Assembly: GCA_965645245.1 (NCBI GenBank)
Contig: OZ287084.1
Location: forward strand, 1,302,001 to 1,366,000
Source: Massalongia carnosa
Lineage: Eukaryota
DNA: 64,000 nt
Reading direction: 5' to 3'
The notes beneath the pieces are model-generated. The model saw nothing but the letters and a program-made list of their open reading frames with translations, did not search any database and was not told where the DNA came from. A program made the position numbers and the translations under genes. Shown piece after piece: positions 62,724 through 64,000 of the stretch; the first letter of the stretch is position 1; every line of letters starts with the position of its first letter.

Positions 62724-63890
62724 TTATTCCTTCCTTAATTTCGCCAGCGCAGCCATCATGCCCTCGGTTATGCCTTCGCCTGTTGACGAGTCCGGCTTTG
62801 TAGGCTTGGATCTTCCTATATCTGTCGTGCTCTTCGTGTTTTCTCTTAACAGAGCTTTTCCACCTTGGTCCATCGCAGCAAGCAGCAAAGCCTCCTCTTC
62901 CTCCTCGCCCGGCTCCCACACCGAAGCTTCCTCTGCGGGTCTTTTCGGTAGTCGTGGCGTTGGGTTTTGAACAGCGCATGTGGGTTGAATAGTGGATGAG
63001 TTTGATTTTGACCCCATAGGGGTATCCTTTTCTACGCGTTCGGGATCTTCAGACACGAATAAATCATCATCCGCCCGCAAGCTCTCTTCTCGCCGTAGCT
63101 CCACCCGGCTTGCTCCCCGCTCCCCCAGTCCCCTTCTCGCGGCCTTTCTCACCCGAAACGGCTCTCTCACCGTCCCACACCACCGCTGTACCTTTTTTTC
63201 TCCCCATCCCGCAATTCCCGCCACCTCTTCCGGCCGCGCATTGACCGCCGCCCGTACGCTCCCAAACGCGGACACAAGCCCCACCGCATCGGTCTTGTTG
63301 ACGCTCCTCGGCACCGTAATGAACTCGACCAACTTCTCGCTATACGACGTCGCCTGGTGTGCTCGTATCGATGCCGGCGACGCATGCTCAAAGGACTTGT
63401 ATGTTTCCAAGTATCGCCCCGCTTCGGCCGCGCTCCAGCATAGGATTAACGTCAGGTTATTCACCAGCGAGGTCTTGGCTAGTTCCTTTAGCGGCTCCTC
63501 GTGGTTCTGGATATCCACCATCGTGAGCAAGATGCGAAGGTTGTACTTGCCCCCCAACGATCGGATTCGCGCGTAAATGTATTCTGGGTGTAGGCGGTGG
63601 TATTTCAAGCTGAGGAATAGCGCGCAGGTCGTGGCCCCAAGGACGTAGTCAGCGGGGATATCGCTGTATTCCCACGGGAGCGCGCGGATGGAATTAAGGA
63701 TTGGGTTTCCCTTTTGTCGTGTGGAGACAAGGATAGCCGAGGGACCGGAGCGACTTGGGAGGGCTTGAGGCGTGGGTTGTTGGATTTTGGGACGGGCGGG
63801 GGCAGGGTTGCTTTGGGGGTGAGGACCGGAGGGTTTCGGGGGGGCTGATAAGGAGGAGAAGTCGATGTCGGGCCCATATTCATCGTCCAT
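62724..63890 (-). CDS. RAD10: ERCC1/Rad10/Swi10 excision-repair endonuclease subunit
   Basis: ILVSTRQKGNPIL, ADYVLG, LFLSLKYHRLHPEYIY, WSAAEAGRYLE and tandem HhH (VNKTDA; GWGEKK). Confidence 0.96.
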   Translation of the reverse strand: MDDEYGPDIDFSSLSAPPKPSGPHPQSNPAPARPKIQQPTPQALPSRSGPSAILVSTRQKGNPILNSIRALPWEYSDIPADYVLGATTCALFLSLKYHRLHPEYIYARIRSLGGKYNLRILLTMVDIQNHEEPLKELAKTSLVNNLTLILCWSAAEAGRYLETYKSFEHASPASIRAHQATSYSEKLVEFITVPRSVNKTDAVGLVSAFGSVRAAVNARPEEVAGIAGWGEKKVQRWCGTVREPFRVRKAARRGLGERGASRVELRREESLRADDDLFVSEDPERVEKDTPMGSKSNSSTIQPTCAVQNPTPRLPKRPAEEASVWEPGEEEEEALLLAAMDQGGKALLRENTKSTTDIGRSKPTKPDSSTGEGITEGMMAALAKLRKE

Positions 63891-64000
63891 CTTTATTGGG
63901 GGTGTTGATATCGGAGTTTGGTACTCTACACCCTATTATCGCGATATTTCTATCAAGAAATAGCTCACTGCAATTGCTCGCCACCGTCCTAGAAGGTGTT

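Noticed and set aside
58571..63890. RecQ plus RAD10 as a DNA-repair gene cluster
   Set aside because: The helicase is a decayed, probably mobile-type copy; adjacency is most simply chance.
1..64000. Starship giant transposon or secondary-metabolite cluster
   Set aside because: No tyrosine-recombinase captain and no PKS, NRPS or terpene synthase seen; the two flavoenzymes are 18 kb apart. An element extending beyond the window cannot be excluded.

Overview
Eukaryotic DNA from a filamentous ascomycete (Pezizomycotina-type short GT-AG introns with CTAAC/CTGAC branch sites; a narrower taxon cannot be read from the sequence). It looks like a gene-turnover or accessory region. Apparently intact genes: secreted SGNH hydrolase, ML-domain lipid-transfer protein, FAD monooxygenase, GPI-type wall protein, nucleoside hydrolase, fumarylacetoacetase, MUP1-like permease, ERCC1/RAD10 and several hypotheticals. 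They are interleaved with broken genes (BVMO with a 1-nt frameshift, APH/AIM9-like kinase, class II peroxidase, GH43, small Cys-rich peptide). There are at least four DNA transposons: two decayed Tc1 DD34E elements, one apparently intact pogo/Fot1 element 53 bp upstream of fahA, and one decayed piggyBac-like element. Highlights: (1) two paralogous secreted proteins 28 kb apart with a long acidic pro-region and a hydrophobin-like C-CC-C-C-CC-C core with identical, non-canonical C4-x9-C5-x7-CC spacing; (2) a block at 55.6-62.4 kb with a piggyBac-like transposase, a hairpin cluster, a decayed RecQ-type helicase, a divergent ORF with three SLFCTW repeats and a 15-bp minisatellite reading as a pentapeptide repeat, possibly the relic of a helicase-encoding element; (3) a spliced zinc-finger-like gene at 16.9-17.6 kb that the ORF track does not show as one unit. 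All calls are by eye, without database searches.
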